This document shows positions 13,801-58,255 of a stretch of 64,000 nucleotides of DNA, piece by piece. The DNA is from Paraspadella gotoi. Lineage: Eukaryota; Animalia; Chaetognatha. Both the position numbers and the translations under genes were made by a program. The stretch spans positions 12,618,790-12,682,789 of the forward strand of contig CM119269.1 of the NCBI GenBank assembly GCA_051294375.1, given 5' to 3'. Position 1 is the first letter of the stretch. Each line of letters opens with the position of its first letter. A model generated the notes under the pieces. That model made no database searches. It was not told the origin of the DNA and saw only the letters and a list, made by a program, of their open reading frames with translations.

Positions 13801-15650
13801 ATGAAACGCTTGTGATGGAAGAGAATACGTGCTTCTGAGCGCGAGAAGTCGGACCTGGGGTCGATTGTTTGGTCATGACTTGTCTGCTGGATGGTATATC
13901 CCAAGGCTGCCCAACTCAATCGCCGAGCGAGAAGGTGCTGAAGCCTCAAAGCAGCTCAACACAGGACGATCCATCATCTGCTTGTGAGTCAGGATTTTGT
14001 CAAATGAGGAACGTACTCCAGAGCATCGTTTCCGCAAAATTGGTTACCTAAGGAAGCTTAGAAGAATTTACAATGCATCAAGGTCCTTACTAGCTCAGCA
14101 AAGGATCCAATAAAGCAATTTCATTCTCCGTTGCTGCAAGCCGGTTCTTCGGCCCTTGTAAAGACTTGTCCTCAAGGTATTGCCGATGGGCTCACGTGCT
14201 TGCCGGTCATGTTCCAAGGCTAACAACAAAATGCACAGATAATATGATTAACCGTTACAGCGATTGGCCCACAATTTTGAGAAAGATGTGGTCCGAATTC
14301 ACAAAGAAATGCTTCGATCTAGTGACAAAATGCGGCGAGCACTGTACCAAAAGTGTAAGAGCATTGCTAGCAACCGGTCGCTCTGAAAAACGTTGTTTTA
14401 TCACGTGCATGACGACCTGTACTTCACACTTCCGGTCGGCTCCGCGGAATCTTCAATATCATGTACTGTTGTTACTCAATAAGATTCTTTTCACTGGCGT
14501 ACATCAAACTTATACGAAGTCGAAGAAAATAAAAATTTCGACGGGAATTGCCAAAAGCATACAAGAACGTGGTCTGTTTTGCGGGTCTCTCCAAAATGTC
14601 TATTCGTCAATCAATGGGGCTGCGAATTCAGTGTCCGATAGTGATGGATGCAACTTGCAGAAGTTTCTTTGGTTCCAAAAACGAACAAGCGTCGCCTACA
14701 GACGCTCCAGTCTTCTAAGAAACGTTGAATGAAGGCAAAAATCTGAGTCTTATTAAAGTTTAACTAAACGGCCTTTCAAACAAATATGGTAAAGATCCTG
14801 GGTCGATCATGTTAGCTCCTATGTTGAGTGGGTAACAACAACTACTCTCCATTGCAAAGAATGACAAACGCCCCCTTTCTGCTGTTCTTCGGTAAGACCG
14901 TCTCTCCTCTGCCCCAGTTTCTTCTGTGGCTAGGTCAAAGGTGAAATATATAAACCTTGAATGATCTATGTTCAAGGAATGCGCCAAAAAGTTGAAAGAA
15001 GCTAGAGATGCTGGCACAAACCAAGGAATCTGCTAAAAGAGCAAAGGATGAAGAAGCTTACAAAAAAAGCCAAGGTAACCCCTTGAAAGAGGGTGAACAC
15101 GCGTTTACGAAAGAGTTCGCAGATGAGCGACGAACTAAACTGGAACCCCGTTGGGCGTGGACTCTCTCACAGTTAAGGAGGACCGCCGCTAATTCTCCAG
15201 GGCAAACGCTGGGAGCAATCTACATTTGCGAAGATAAAGAAGGCAAACAAAGTCACAAGAAATCGCGAACAACTAAAAATTGTTAATTCCAAATACATAC
15301 GAACTGATGAAAATGCCCTCTCCAAAAGAAGAACCAAGTTTTCCCATTAGCTTCTAACGCCATTATCAATGCCTTAATGACGGCCCGTCCATCCCTTTTG
15401 GAAAAATTCGAAACTCCTCAACTTCCTGAAGAGGTACCAGAAGATCCGGACGAGGATCCCGTTCCTGAAGCACCAATACGGAAAATTCCGGAATGGTGAT
15501 ATTAGAAATGAGCTACGATACTCCTGACGCTAATGAGGAAGATGAGCCCTGACGACCCCTTTGCTACTCCAGCTGCTGCCTGGATCCCTCCAGCTTCAAC
15601 CCCAAAACCAAGGAAATCCAGAAGAAGTTAACGCCAATAACAGCCGAATG
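10900..15650 (+). mobile_element. Ty3/Gypsy LTR retrotransposon gag-pol body, heavily frameshifted
   Basis: Motifs read across frameshifts in Gypsy order: zinc knuckle PICYG(C)KQRG ~11297; protease DTGC ~11420; RT segments VAPYR ~12423, SMDLTKGFWQIP ~12690 and LRTFLGFTGYYRQ ~13170; RNase H KPFIL, IDREFFAL, VTDH and ADGLSR 13385-13790; integrase H/C zinc finger ~14200-14370 and TPFLLFFGR-like ~14870. LTRs could not be delimited. Confidence 0.85.
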
Positions 15651-16720
15651 GATAAAAGAAGTTTTGTAAGTGGACTAGAAAAACTTCGAACTAACTCCGA
15701 AAACCATTATAGAATCTCTCGAAAATGATGTTTTTACTGGAGTTATGGAACAAAGTTTCAGAAATCGCTCCAAATCGGTAGATGACGACGTCTTCTCTCC
15801 CTTTTCTGAAAAAGATCTCATAAATAACGGCATTACCCACCCTTGGTAATCTAAGAAGACGTTCGGGTAAGAAATCCTTACCCCTCTGCCACCACCTCAC
15901 CCATTAATACATAAAAATTTGGTGATAAAAGAAAACAATCTTCTACTTCCCTCTGAGGAACTGGTTATAAGACGAAAGCGAAAGATTGCGTGCTTTTAAT
16001 AGACAATATACTGATATCGTGACAGTCGATAAATATTAGAATAAGTAGCACAACATCTCGAGATCCTGTAGCCTTTAGTACCTCAAAAAGATGATTAGAA
16101 TTTAAATTACATTTTAAAGTATAGATATTTCAACGTTTTTAAAATTAGAAATGTACTTGATTTTATCTCAAAGAAATAGAAAGTGATTTTACCTTCAGAT
16201 AGTTTTTACTCATCCCCTTGCTAGGGGCCTCGTTTTACCAAACTTAAAGCTCAAAAGAAATCACAACTCAATTGGCTGTATTTTATCTTAACTACCGTTC
16301 ACTATTGTTGGCTTTAATTCAAGAACCTAAGGGTGATAATAATCTAATCTGTATGTTGTGACTCCTGAGAAACTGCCTGTGATACGCCTGACGCTTGATA
16401 AAAAATTATACCTCTACTTTACCCCTTTTCCTTGTTTTTTTGGCTTATAAACCAATGTTTTTGATAGTGTTAGGCTATGCGCAAGCCATGTTGTTGAAAC
16501 CATCGAGCTAAACAATTTGAAATTGTTTTCAAAATCTACTTATCTTTCATTTAGATAACTATTTACAAAGTTCTGTTGTTAAATTTCTCATGAGTTATAT
16601 AGCTGTAGGCAAGGGATCCGCTTACTGACGCTTGCTCGCGTTGGCCCATGATCCCTCCCAAGTTAGATTTCCGAAATCAGGGCTGTCTGTGTTGCATCAC
16701 GGGCCCAGCAACGAAATCAG

Positions 16721-16756
<36 letters not shown>

Positions 16757-17519
16757 AAAAAAAATTCTCCGACCGACATAAGTCTGGCTGATCTTTAAGC
16801 GAAATTGGCAGAATTCTTGGGGAATTATACGCCTCGTCGACTTTGCCCTCAAACGTAAACGAAGGCTATTAACAAATTGTTCTGCCCAAATTTATCATGG
16901 GTCCCTAAGAAATGGTTGACGCCAAAGACATATGCATCTAAAATGGCTGAGCCAACGATCGATGAAATTTCAATCAAGGTGACGGGAGACGCGGTCTGTA
17001 ACTGGCGGCATAAATTTTTCTCGGCGAAGTGATGCTCACTTCAACTGGCGTTTCATAATTGGCGCCTTTGCCGCTAACTTAAAGAAATTTTGCATACCGA
17101 TTTGCTCACTAATGGGATCGATCGGGTTCGTTCGATCTTAGAAAGGATGGAAGCATGATGGAGACGGAAATCGTGAAGAGGAATCTCCAAAGACTCTGAA
17201 CTTTCCGACATGGTGATATTCATATTTATATTCATTGATATTCACTGTTCATTCATTACTTTGTTCCCTTTCAGTTCTGTGGGCATCGTGTTTATTATCA
17301 TAGAAAGTACGTGTTCGAGTGTGTGTCCTAATCTAGTTGGCGTCCCGTCTCTTGTGTATTCATATTCGCAGATCATAAACTGTGGGCAACATTGTGGTCG
17401 AACGCGCGCCCGCCGTGTGGTTAACTGACATTGTAGTTCATACGTTAGAGGGTCTCGTGCTTCTCAAGCCCGGCCGGCGGTCCGCCGGCATCGCCCACAA
17501 CAATCACCCTCTAACACAC

Positions 17520-17995
17520 TTGCCATCGCTTTATTCTCCCAATACATTCACTTTAGTCTCCCAATGCCATCGCTTTTGTCTCAGAATGCCATCGCTTTAG
17601 TCTCCCAAAGCCGTTGCTATATTCTCCCAATGCCATCTTTTTAGTCTCCCATTGCTATCGCCTTTGGCTCCAGAATGCCATCGCTTTAGTCTCACAATGC
17701 CATCGCTTTTGGCTCCCAATTCCATCGCTTTTGTCTTTTGATGCCATTGCTTTTGGCTTAGAATACCATTGCTTTTGTCTCCCAATGTCATCGCTTTGTC
17801 TCCCAATGCCATCGCTTTTGTCTTCCAATGCCATCACTTTTGTCTCCCGATGCCATCGCTTTTGTCTTAGAATGCCATCGCTTTAGTCTCCTGATGCCAT
17901 TGCAGAAAGAGCCATAGCTTTAATCTCCCGATGCCATCGCTTTAGTCTCACCCAATGTCGTCGCTTTATATCGCTTTTGTCTCAGGATACCATCA
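17520..17995. repeat. Minisatellite, ~21-22 bp unit TCTCCCAATGCCATCGCTTT(T/A)G, about 20 copies
   Basis: Clear tandem periodicity. The ORFs called here are repeat translations. Confidence 0.93.
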
Positions 17996-19756
17996 CTCTT
18001 GTGGTGGTCACTAGAATTTATAACATTCGACGCATCGCATGATCGACTTGGATCTTATTTTCCAGTCGATGCCATCATCATTTACCATTTGCCTGGCTAA
18101 TAGCAAAGCGGACGCCGGCCGGAAGTAGACTATCAATTCTTTACTGGCGATCGAGTGTTTTTCAAAATAAGATTATGAAATCAGGAGACTCATTCAATGA
18201 TTATCAAGTTATATTTCCGCCTCACTAATAAGACAATTTAAAGTAAGATCAGGTCCCTGTCCCTAAGCGTTATTCCAAGACTCCCTTGCAGTCGTTTATT
18301 AATTACCAGAGTAATTGGCTTCATTATCAACGAAGAAAAATAATATGTCTATATTTTTATAATATATTATACAAATAGAGAACTATATAACTTAAGCTTT
18401 GAAGTCAAATGAATGATCGCTACGTTAAATAATTCCCTAATAAAATTTTTCTCCAACAAATTCGCCATCATTATTCAGAGCGATATTAATAACATCATTA
18501 AGCCGAGATAGTATAAAAAAAATATTTATAAAAAAAAACAATGTCCTTTAAGAATTATTAAATATCGGATTCCGACATATTTTCCGTCTCTCGCTTAACC
18601 TTTTTTGTTTGCGTCATTGCGCCAATCTCTCGATCGTTGATACATTTGTATGTACTAAATAAAAACTTATATATGTAAACAACTTATTAATTTATTAATC
18701 CCGATTATTTTTGTTCTCTTTTGAGCACAGTTTCCGAAAGCGCCATGAATCTGTGGACTTAATTTCGATCTAAAAATTTATGTTTAATCTGTTACCAAAT
18801 ATTTGACCCTTAAATATCAAACTTTAACCCGATTCCTCATTCTTATCCCCTAACTCTAATCTCTAATCAAAATTTTAAACAGAAAATTAAAAACGAAATT
18901 CTATATTAAAACTGAAATGTGTCGTTTTTAGAAAATAAAGACCTCTATTGACATCATTGACCGAAAGAACAACGATCACCAGCTTTTTTGATTTTTGAAA
19001 CGTCATTGCTCGTCATCAATGAGTTCTCATTGCTGCGTTTCTGGCAAAAAGCTTTCCCGTGATCTGAATGGCGAATCGAAAAGCGGTTGTCAGTCGTTCG
19101 CTTACGTCATCGTCACCCGCTCGACGAACCTTGAGTATTTCGATAGAATTCGTCCTTGACTCTTAGCGAAAGGTAAACTGAAACTTAAAAAATTAATAAA
19201 ACGTTAAAAATTATGTATAGGTCATTGTCAAATGAGGAGGAGATTTTTCTGATAAAAAAAATTAAAATAAAAAAAAAAGAAAAAGAAAATTGAGTGAGAG
19301 GAATTTCATTCCTCAGATTCTTTTCATTTTTTTCGAAAGGTATTCCCCGTTTTTACCATATTGAGCGGATGACGCTAAAGTGACGCCAACGTCGGGTTGC
19401 GTCGTCGCCATATGGACGCGTAAAAAACTGGGGGACAGATTTTGATCGGATGCGTCGTTGTCTTTAACCTTTATTATATATATATATATATATACTTATT
19501 TATCTCTTTAACTTAGTTAACAATTGTATCCATACAAGATTCTTTTCCTATTTTTGTATTTGGCGTTTTTGTAATAATTTTTCATTGAACTCACTTTAAT
19601 TATAAGGCGGAACGTTTGCTTAAGTTGAACGATTATGTTATTATTGAGTTACGAAATAAAACATTAAAAGAAAAAGTTTAAACTAAGGAAGGTGAAGGAA
19701 AAAAAGAAGCTCGGGTATCTTTTGGCTGCTTCGGGTTTCAATTTGAGAGTAGCAAC

Positions 19757-19885
<129 letters not shown>

Positions 19886-20185
19886 CGTGACGCCATCTCC
19901 AAATTGCGTCGGAACTTTTTCCGTTTAAATTTCTTCGATGAAGAATCGGACTGGAAATTAGCGCCGCTGTGGACGAAGTCTGAGGATCGAGGCGAAACAG
20001 ATCGAGAAACAGATCGAAACAGATTGAGGAAACATATTGAAAGAAAGATCAAAGAAAAACTGATTAAGAAACAGGCCAAAAAATATCCAAGAAACAAATT
20101 AACAAAAAAAAACAAAAAAGAAACAGATTGAAGCTAAAAGAAACAGAAGAAACGTCAGGAGCAAGAATCGAGAACGACTAAACTC

Positions 20186-20297
20186 CGCCAGGTCATCGCC
20201 AGGTCATCGCCAGGTCATCGCCAGGTCAGTTCTGGTGACCGTCAGGTCAGGTTAGGTCCGGTCACGGTCAGTTTAGGTCAGGTCACCGCCAGGTCAG
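20186..20297 (+). repeat. Array of AGGTCA-like hexamers, including the 11-bp repeat (CGCCAGGTCAT)x4
   Basis: AGGTCA at 20190, 20201, 20212, 20223, 20244, 20275, 20280 and 20291, plus single-base variants. Confidence 0.85.
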
Positions 20298-21141
20298 GAT
20301 AACCGAGACGCCTAAAAATGTAGGGGGTGTTATAGAAATATCTACCCGAGTTTAGACGAAAGATCGAATTGTATTACCTTTGACACTTATTATAATTACC
20401 TCACCCAGGAAAATGGTTTTTAAGGGAAAAAATACGGAGAAAAAAAAAGAATTTCCCGAGAGAAAAAGTAATAAAGACATATTGAGGAGGAAATAAAAGA
20501 AAGGGAGGAAGAAGCAAAGAGAGGAGGAGGAGGAAAAGGGAGGAAAAGGAGGAAAGACTGAAAATAAAGAAGATAAATGAAGAGGAAAGTGTAAGGAAAG
20601 ATTAGAATGTAAAGGAAAGAGGGAAAGTAATATTATTAAGGGAAGAAAAAAGTAGGAAAATATTAGACGAGGATGGAAAGAGGGAAAAAAAGAGAGAAAG
20701 AGAAGGAGAGGAATAGAAAGAGGGGGAAAAAGAAAAGAGAAGGAAGAGAAAAAAGAAAAGAGAGGGAAGAGGAAAAAGAAAAAAGAAGGAAGAGGAGACA
20801 GGCCCTGAGTGATCTTGTTTTGGGGAGAACATTTATTGTCGTCGTCGCTTCTTTTATTTCCTTTGATGAGTTGAGAAATTTCGGGAAAATAAATCCCGAC
20901 GAATTTTATCTTAGCTGATTTAGTTTCGTTTTAAATCTAAATCTCCCGGCCTTTCTTCCCACCGAACGAATCACGGGAAGTTCAAGGATTTTCCTAAAAT
21001 TCGGCGGCGACGTCGGCGACGGCGGCCACTCTGGCGGCAGAAGCGGCTTCGGTGACGTCGGAGGCGGCAGCGGCGGAATAAGAGCCAAAGACAGCAGCGG
21101 CTGCTGCAGGAACCGCGAAAAAGCAGCGACGGATTTACTGC

Positions 21142-21171
21142 TGACGTCACCTTTTCCGTTTCCCTGACGAC
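21142..21171 (+). promoter_or_regulatory. CRE plus X-box-like motif just upstream of the MDH1B ATG
   Basis: TGACGTCA at 21142-21149 and GTTTCCCTGACGAC at 21158-21171, an imperfect RFX X-box ~45 nt before the ATG of a ciliary gene. Confidence 0.35.
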
Positions 21172-21215
21172 GACGCAGCCGCAGCCGATAAACAAGAAGA
21201 AAAAAAGACTGAAAC

Positions 21216-38895
<17,680 letters not shown>

Positions 38896-39725
38896 AAGAG
38901 GGTTCAGGGGTTAGGAGGGGCTCTAAAAGAAGCAAATGGTAAATAATATACAATAAAGACTCGTTTTCTGGCTTTTTGTTTTAATCTAAAAGTGAAACTG
39001 ATTTTTAATAAATTATATTGTGAAATGAAACCAGTTAATCTTGAATTAAAATCATCCAAGCTACCTATCATGTTGTTTTGATACCCAGCTGTAATACAAT
39101 AATACTTAGTAGGTTTCGATAGTATTTTCACTCAATTTTTCGGGATTAAAAACTAAATCACCAAACTCGAGTAGTAAATTTAAAAAAAAAAAAATTAAGT
39201 TTTAAAAATTTTTATTATAAAAACAATGTGTGAAAACGTCAAAACAGTAGCCCAAGTACATTGCAAAGATCCATGAAAAGAACCTCGGGTTGTAAAATCT
39301 TTGAGTAAAATTTGCCTCCAAAAAATGACACTTTGGATCATAAGACTCAAGAAATTTTATAACTTTAAAATCTTGTTCATTGAGGCTTTTTTGATCGATT
39401 TTAATTGTTGAGATGATAAAACAAAAGTTTAATACGAGTACAATACTAATTAGGTACGAGCCAAAAATTGACCTACCCATAAAGGTTAACAACCTTGGAT
39501 ACTGCCTCATCATTCAGCACGTCTTCTAATTTTTATTTTGCCTTTTCAAATAATACTACAGCCATATAAGTAATACAAAAAGACCTAACTACAAACTGAC
39601 TGAGATGAGCAAAGTCAAAACAGAGTTAGCCAAAAAAAAGCAAGAGAGAGAGAATGAAGAAATAAAGCAAAGAGAAGCACCTGAGACTTTCGTCTCTGTG
39701 TCTCTCTCAGCGTCTCCATCTCTCT

Positions 39726-41409
39726 CTATTCGTCGATAATGACTTCGAAGTGAACCCGACCGTCGCCGCGTCTCAACTTATCCTGGACGATGTTGTCGGC
39801 GTTGACCGGTTTGCACACCACCTAAATCAATCAATGATAAACTCAATTAATACATTAAATAAATAAATTAAACAAATTAATTCACAAAGAATTATTAATT
39901 GGATTATAAACTAATAATATAATATAGAACTTACAAATAAGATAAGCTTTAGTTGCAAAAGTTTCAAGTTTTAGTTCAAATCAATCAATTGTTAATTTTC
40001 TGCTTCGTTCAGAACATACTAACACAAAACAACGTACAATGCAATGCAATGTAAAATTAAACGTCAAAATCATAATTGTCTTCGCAACCATGTTCACAAT
40101 AACATTCACCTTAAACCCTGTATCCCTCTCAACATCTCTACCTGAATGAGCACGCCCTTGACGGGTCTCTCCAGCTTGACGAAGACCAATGGGCTGATGT
40201 AGTTGGGTTGACCGACGTAAGGAAAGTAATGGAGGTCGATTCCCGGTTTGGGGAAATACTTGAGCGGCCCGATGTTGTCCATGTCGGCGGAGTGTTCGCC
40301 CTGGCACTCGATCTTCAAGTACTTGCCCGTTCCGTTGGAAAGTTCGGGCACGAATTCGAAGATCTTTGGGTGGCGGAAGGGGGGGGAGTTGGGCTCAGTT
40401 TAGAATGTGATGGAGAATCGTAAATTGTACAATTCTTATTCAAAAGTTCGTGCGATGTTTGACCTGAAAATACAGCATACTGATCTTCAATGTTCAATTC
40501 GTCTTTAATAAGCTAATTTGACATCGTTATCACTTCTCAGATATGCCAGCTATTGCTTGATTGATTCCCCCGTGCAATTCATCAATTATACAATCACATC
40601 ACGCCCCTGACAACTAGACCGACCTTGTTCATCTTGATGGCGACGCACGGCGACCCTTTCTCGTAACCGTATGTCCCGTCATTGACGCATTCCTTCATCA
40701 GGTCGGCGTAATCGTCGATGAGAAAGCGACAGGGTTTGGATGTGTAGGACGCCGGCTCGGGTTTCGACGACGAGCAATCCACGTGAGTCTTCGGGCCTTG
40801 ACCCTTTCTGAGGGTTTGAGGAATTGAGGTCACGATCTTCATTGATGAAAAAGTTTTCATTTAAGACTTATTTCGAAACGGTTCTAACTAATTGACTAAT
40901 CAATTTATGATCTAGTTGTGTTAATAATTACTACTTATGTATCTTAAAGATAAGACGTTCGAGAAATATATATTTTTAAATAGCCGCATCGGTTCGTTGC
41001 CAAAAATGATTGATTGATTGATTGGATTTTTTTCGCTTTTAATTCCTTCTTTTGTTGCCAGAATATAATTCGAGTTTCGTTTTGAAATCGTTTTTTACTG
41101 GTTCGAACATTGCCCACAATTGCCCACATTGCCCACAATTTGTGGCTCAAAGAATATTTATTTAATTTTTTTCATATTTTCGTAATCTAAGCTTGGAGTC
41201 AATCAAATCGCTCTTTCTATCTCCTTCACTTGTAATTATGCGCGGTGTTGTTGGGCTCGAGAAACTCATCCATGGCCACCACAAATGGGACGTAGTCTTT
41301 GTGGCCGACCGAGTATTTGATGAGAGACCTGTCCACATCGGGTCGAGGGCGGAACCCCATCCCCGGGTTGGGGGGAAGCACGGAGGAGCTTCCAGTCAGG
41401 GTGGGCGCC

Positions 41410-41469
<60 letters not shown>

Positions 41470-41853
41470 ATGGAATTGATTGTATTTTTGTATTGTATTG
41501 TATTATTGTATTGAGAGATGAAGTTCGCCTTCCAAATGCAAATGTTAAGGGTTCGAACTCGGAGACCGCCAAGTAAAAAGGTCCCAAGCTCATTGACTTT
41601 TTTAACGTTTTAATCATTAATCCGGGTAATTAATTAATTAATATAGGTACAAATACAGAGATGTATTGTATTGATAGCTCACCTTTTCATCGGTAAAAGC
41701 CCAAAGAAAAGCGGCCAACATTCCGGCAAAGAACGCAGCCAATCCGCTGTAGTAGATTAAGTAGAAAAGTCCGATTTTGGCCCAAGACGCGGGAGTTCTG
41801 GTGCAGAACTCTCCGGTTTGCGAGTTGAAGACGAACTTGCAAAAGTTTCCCAT
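39726..41853 (-). CDS. Na+/K+-ATPase beta subunit (ATP1B/nervana family), 5 coding exons
   Basis: Exons 41853-41683 (FVFNSQTGEFCTRTPASWAKIGLFYLIYY plus TM), 41408-41230 (NPGMGFRP), 40807-40624 (YGYEKGSPCVAIKMNK), 40363-40142 (YFPYVGQPNYISPLVFV) and 39821-39726 (C..GRVHFEV). Probable 5' UTR exons extend to ~42.7 kb. Confidence 0.93.
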
Positions 41854-42775
41854 GTTCAACAATGTCAGAATGCGTCGGTATAGAGAGAGAGAGAGTCGAA
41901 AAAGACAGAGATAGAGAGAGATTTCGTGCTCGATGAGATTTGTGGTGTGATTTTTTTTTTCAGCGGCCGAAGTTATCAGGATCTTTTCTCACTCGTTTAT
42001 CGAAGCCGAAAGCCTGAAAAAGTTTTATCCATTTTTTATCAGATTCAAAATTTTAAGACTTAGAAATAGTGGGAATGGTATATATATATAACTAATAATA
42101 CATTATTTTATAGGTGTTAGAAATTGTATGAAAGCATGAAACTTGTTTTTTTAAAATAGAAACCTAAGATTTTTTTAATACAGAAAAAAAAAGGGCAAGG
42201 GCGTATTGTTCCTTCCTATTTTTTCCCGCAAGTTATGTGCCGAGTCCATTATACGCCAATATTATTCAAGAAAATATTGCGATCAATTTCTTTTTTTAAC
42301 CACAGATTTTAATTTCGTTCATCATTGATACATGAGATAAAATAAACCTAATTTATTCACTTGTTACACTTCACCCCCAATCTATTTGTTCCGTGAGCGG
42401 TACAGAAAAAAAAATGGTTTGACCTTCAGAAGAGGCTGACGATGAAGATGAGGTTGAAAGAGTCGGGCTGAGCTCAGATCGAGGCTGAGAAAGCGAAGGT
42501 GGCGCACCAATCGTCTGAGCGGCGATCGTCTCTCGATGGCGTTCGATTCGTCGGCGAGGGAGACGACGAAAAATTTCGAAATCAATTTCTAATATTAAAT
42601 ATCGAATGATAATTAACTTCTCACGAAGTCGGTGAGATCCCGAACAAAAGAACAGCGTGACGAAGGTCGACGATGCCGAATCCAGGATCCCTCGATCCTC
42701 TTCTTCCTCCTTCATCCTCTTCTTCCTATCGCTTGCCCTCAACCCTCACAACATGTGAACTTCTGTTTCGGTGAA

Positions 42776-42819
<44 letters not shown>

Positions 42820-43336
42820 CATCGTGAATTGTGGTAAATGAGGTCTTCTTTTCAGTTTTCCCTCTTCCCCCTCTTTCAGCCGACAGCATAAATCATCCAC
42901 AAACGTAAACATCTCCCAACTCCCCCAAAATATCCTACTATTTTTTTTAATAATAATATAAATCGTCGCGCGAGGACACGTTCTTTTAATCTCAGCATTA
43001 ATGAAGTTGGCGTTTTGACTTTGAGGTGTGCAAGTGGACGGCACCCCACTAACTTCACTTCTCCCGACGTCTTGCTTTACTGTAATACTAATTTTAAGAA
43101 AAACTGATTACAGACACGAACGACAACGATCGTCGTCATCATCGTCATCGTCGTCATCATCGTCGATATCGTCTTCGATAATAAAGCTGATTCGACTCGA
43201 ACTCAATTAGCGGTCATTGACGAGACGAAACGAAAAAAAGAGGCCAAATGTGGCGAGGAATATTTTTTATTTCATTTCAAATAAGCCGGGGGGAACAAGA
43301 TTAGCCTTCAAAAACTGATAAAAAACTTTTGGATTT

Positions 43337-45817
<2,481 letters not shown>

Positions 45818-46208
45818 TGCTTTCGTTTCAAAACCTTTATTTCCTTCTACGTATTTATATTTAGATTAAGATCATTTTTGTTAGTCTTAAATTTTGAAAG
45901 AACTAAACTTAAGTTAAATTGAATGTAAAAAAAAATTAGGGCCAAAATACTATACATCAAAAGTTGCCATTTGTTTAAATTTGATTCCACGACAGCGGGT
46001 TCCTCCTCGCGGACACGATTGCTAAACATAAGGCAAACTTTCGCATCGCGATGACACCGCGGAAGAGAAATAAAATATGCTTACGAAATAAATTTTCAAA
46101 TACTAAATTGAGAAGCAAAAAAGTAAAACTTAAACTTCGCTCGTTATAAATCCTAAATTTAAAAATTGCGCAAATTGTCCCGATCGTTGCGTGACGGAGA
46201 ACGACCAA

Positions 46209-50606
<4,398 letters not shown>

Positions 50607-50977
50607 CTCTTCCCGTTTCCTTTTAAAATAATGACAACGCGAGTATTATAAATTTTTTTATATGAAAATAATAGTAAATTTCGCAGTAGTTTATGCAAAC
50701 CTGTGATTTTTTTAGAGGCAACGAAGACAAGAACTGACGTTTTCCCGATTAAACTTTCCTTTTACAGCTTTTGAGACGCATTGTGTTTTGTTGTTTCTTG
50801 TATCTTTTCTGTTTTTTCTTTTGTCCTTCTGGGATTGTCTTGTCTTGGAACAAGAATGGTGCAAGAATGATAGTATACAAGTGCATATTGCACGTAGCGT
50901 AGTTAAACGGAACACAATGAATAAAAATGTGGCGTAGAAAACACAACGGAATTAAACCAATCATGTTCCAACCTTTT

Positions 50978-51454
50978 TCAAAGTCTATCCCTATAAAAAG
51001 TCTTTCCAAACTTTTCTTCCAATTCTCTCTTCCACTTTTCTCTCTCCTGTTCCAATAAACTCGTCAACGCGTGACGCCGCGTCGCCAGCGCCGCCCGCCG
51101 CGCCAGCGTCGTCTCCACGCCTGCTGCTGCGCGCTGCCGCGTCAGGCGTCGACGAGCGAGAGCGTCGGCGGAAGTCATCGTCCAGAGGACCCTTCGAGAG
51201 AGAAAGGAACAATTGTAACCTTTTGTAACAAACAAAAGACCCCAACCATCTAACCTTTTCTCGATAGCGACATCTTTTGGGTCCAACGCGAACTGCTCCC
51301 CCGCGGCGATCCTCGCTTTGTGCCGATCGTCGGCGCTACTTCCCTTTGACTCTGTCATCTCGTAACGAAGACCCAAGCGGCAGTTGAAGAGAGTCGGGTC
51401 ACGACGTCTGAGGGGCGGCGGCGGGAAACGACCGAACGGGTCAGATTCCGCCAT
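50978..51454 (-). CDS. CFAP141: CFAP141 (C1orf189)-like microtubule inner protein
   Basis: C-terminus LWTM..RRHALTSLLEQEREKWKRELEEKFGKTFYRDRL resembles the recalled C1orf189 end (LWQM..ALHQLFEKE..ELNQMGKAFYVERF). The start (51454 or 51358) and a possible short in-frame intron at ~51190-51255 are uncertain. Confidence 0.72.
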   Translation of the reverse strand: MAESDPFGRFPPPPLRRRDPTLFNCRLGLRYEMTESKGSSADDRHKARIAAGEQFALDPKDVAIEKRLDGWGLLFVTKGYNCSFLSRRVLWTMTSADALARRRLTRQRAAAGVETTLARRAALATRRHALTSLLEQEREKWKRELEEKFGKTFYRDRL

Positions 51455-52107
51455 ATTCGAATGACTTTTCTTTTTAAATTTTATTTGTTTCACTTTTGTT
51501 TTTGTTGTTCAACCATAAGCTTTTTAGTTGAATTATTATCTGGCATAAGAAACAATTTTTTGACTAGACAATGACACGAAGCAAGAAAAAAAATGAATAT
51601 GGGGGAACTATTACTCGTATACGAGTGGAAAAAATATATAAATATAATAAGAATTGTAAAAAAACCACACTAATATAAAAAAAAAGGAATCAAAATGAAG
51701 ATGAAATGAATGAACAATGAAAAAAAAAGAAGAGACTCAGTCGAAGTCGTGAATCCTCAGCAACAACAACAACGAAGTCATTTTTTTATGTCTTAAGTCA
51801 AGAGGAGATTGACTGCGATCTGGACGCAAGATTAACCAGATTGCATCTTGGCGCAAGATTGACGAGGCTGACCGTAACTTTGACGCGAGATTGACGCAAC
51901 CCTTTGACAATGTGAGGTAACGATAGTGAAAGATGAAACTTGACAAATTAAACTCGTGATCGACTCAATAGTCACCGGAGACGGTTATCCGTAATCCGGA
52001 ATATAATTTTTCCATGTCTTTAACGTCTCCGTCAATCAATAATCGACGTCGACGACGCCAAAGTTCGTGGAAGAAAAAAGAGGTCAACCTCGTCCTCAAC
52101 CGCGTCG

Positions 52108-58255
<6,148 letters not shown>

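Noticed and set aside
17520-17995. CRISPR-like appearance of regular repeats (also 1035-1265)
   Set aside because: Units are contiguous with no unique spacers, there are no cas genes, and the context is eukaryotic.
41545-41595. GGTCCCAAGC (twister-like) and GGTTCGAAC (B-box-like) motifs
   Set aside because: The other twister elements and any tRNA cloverleaf are absent.
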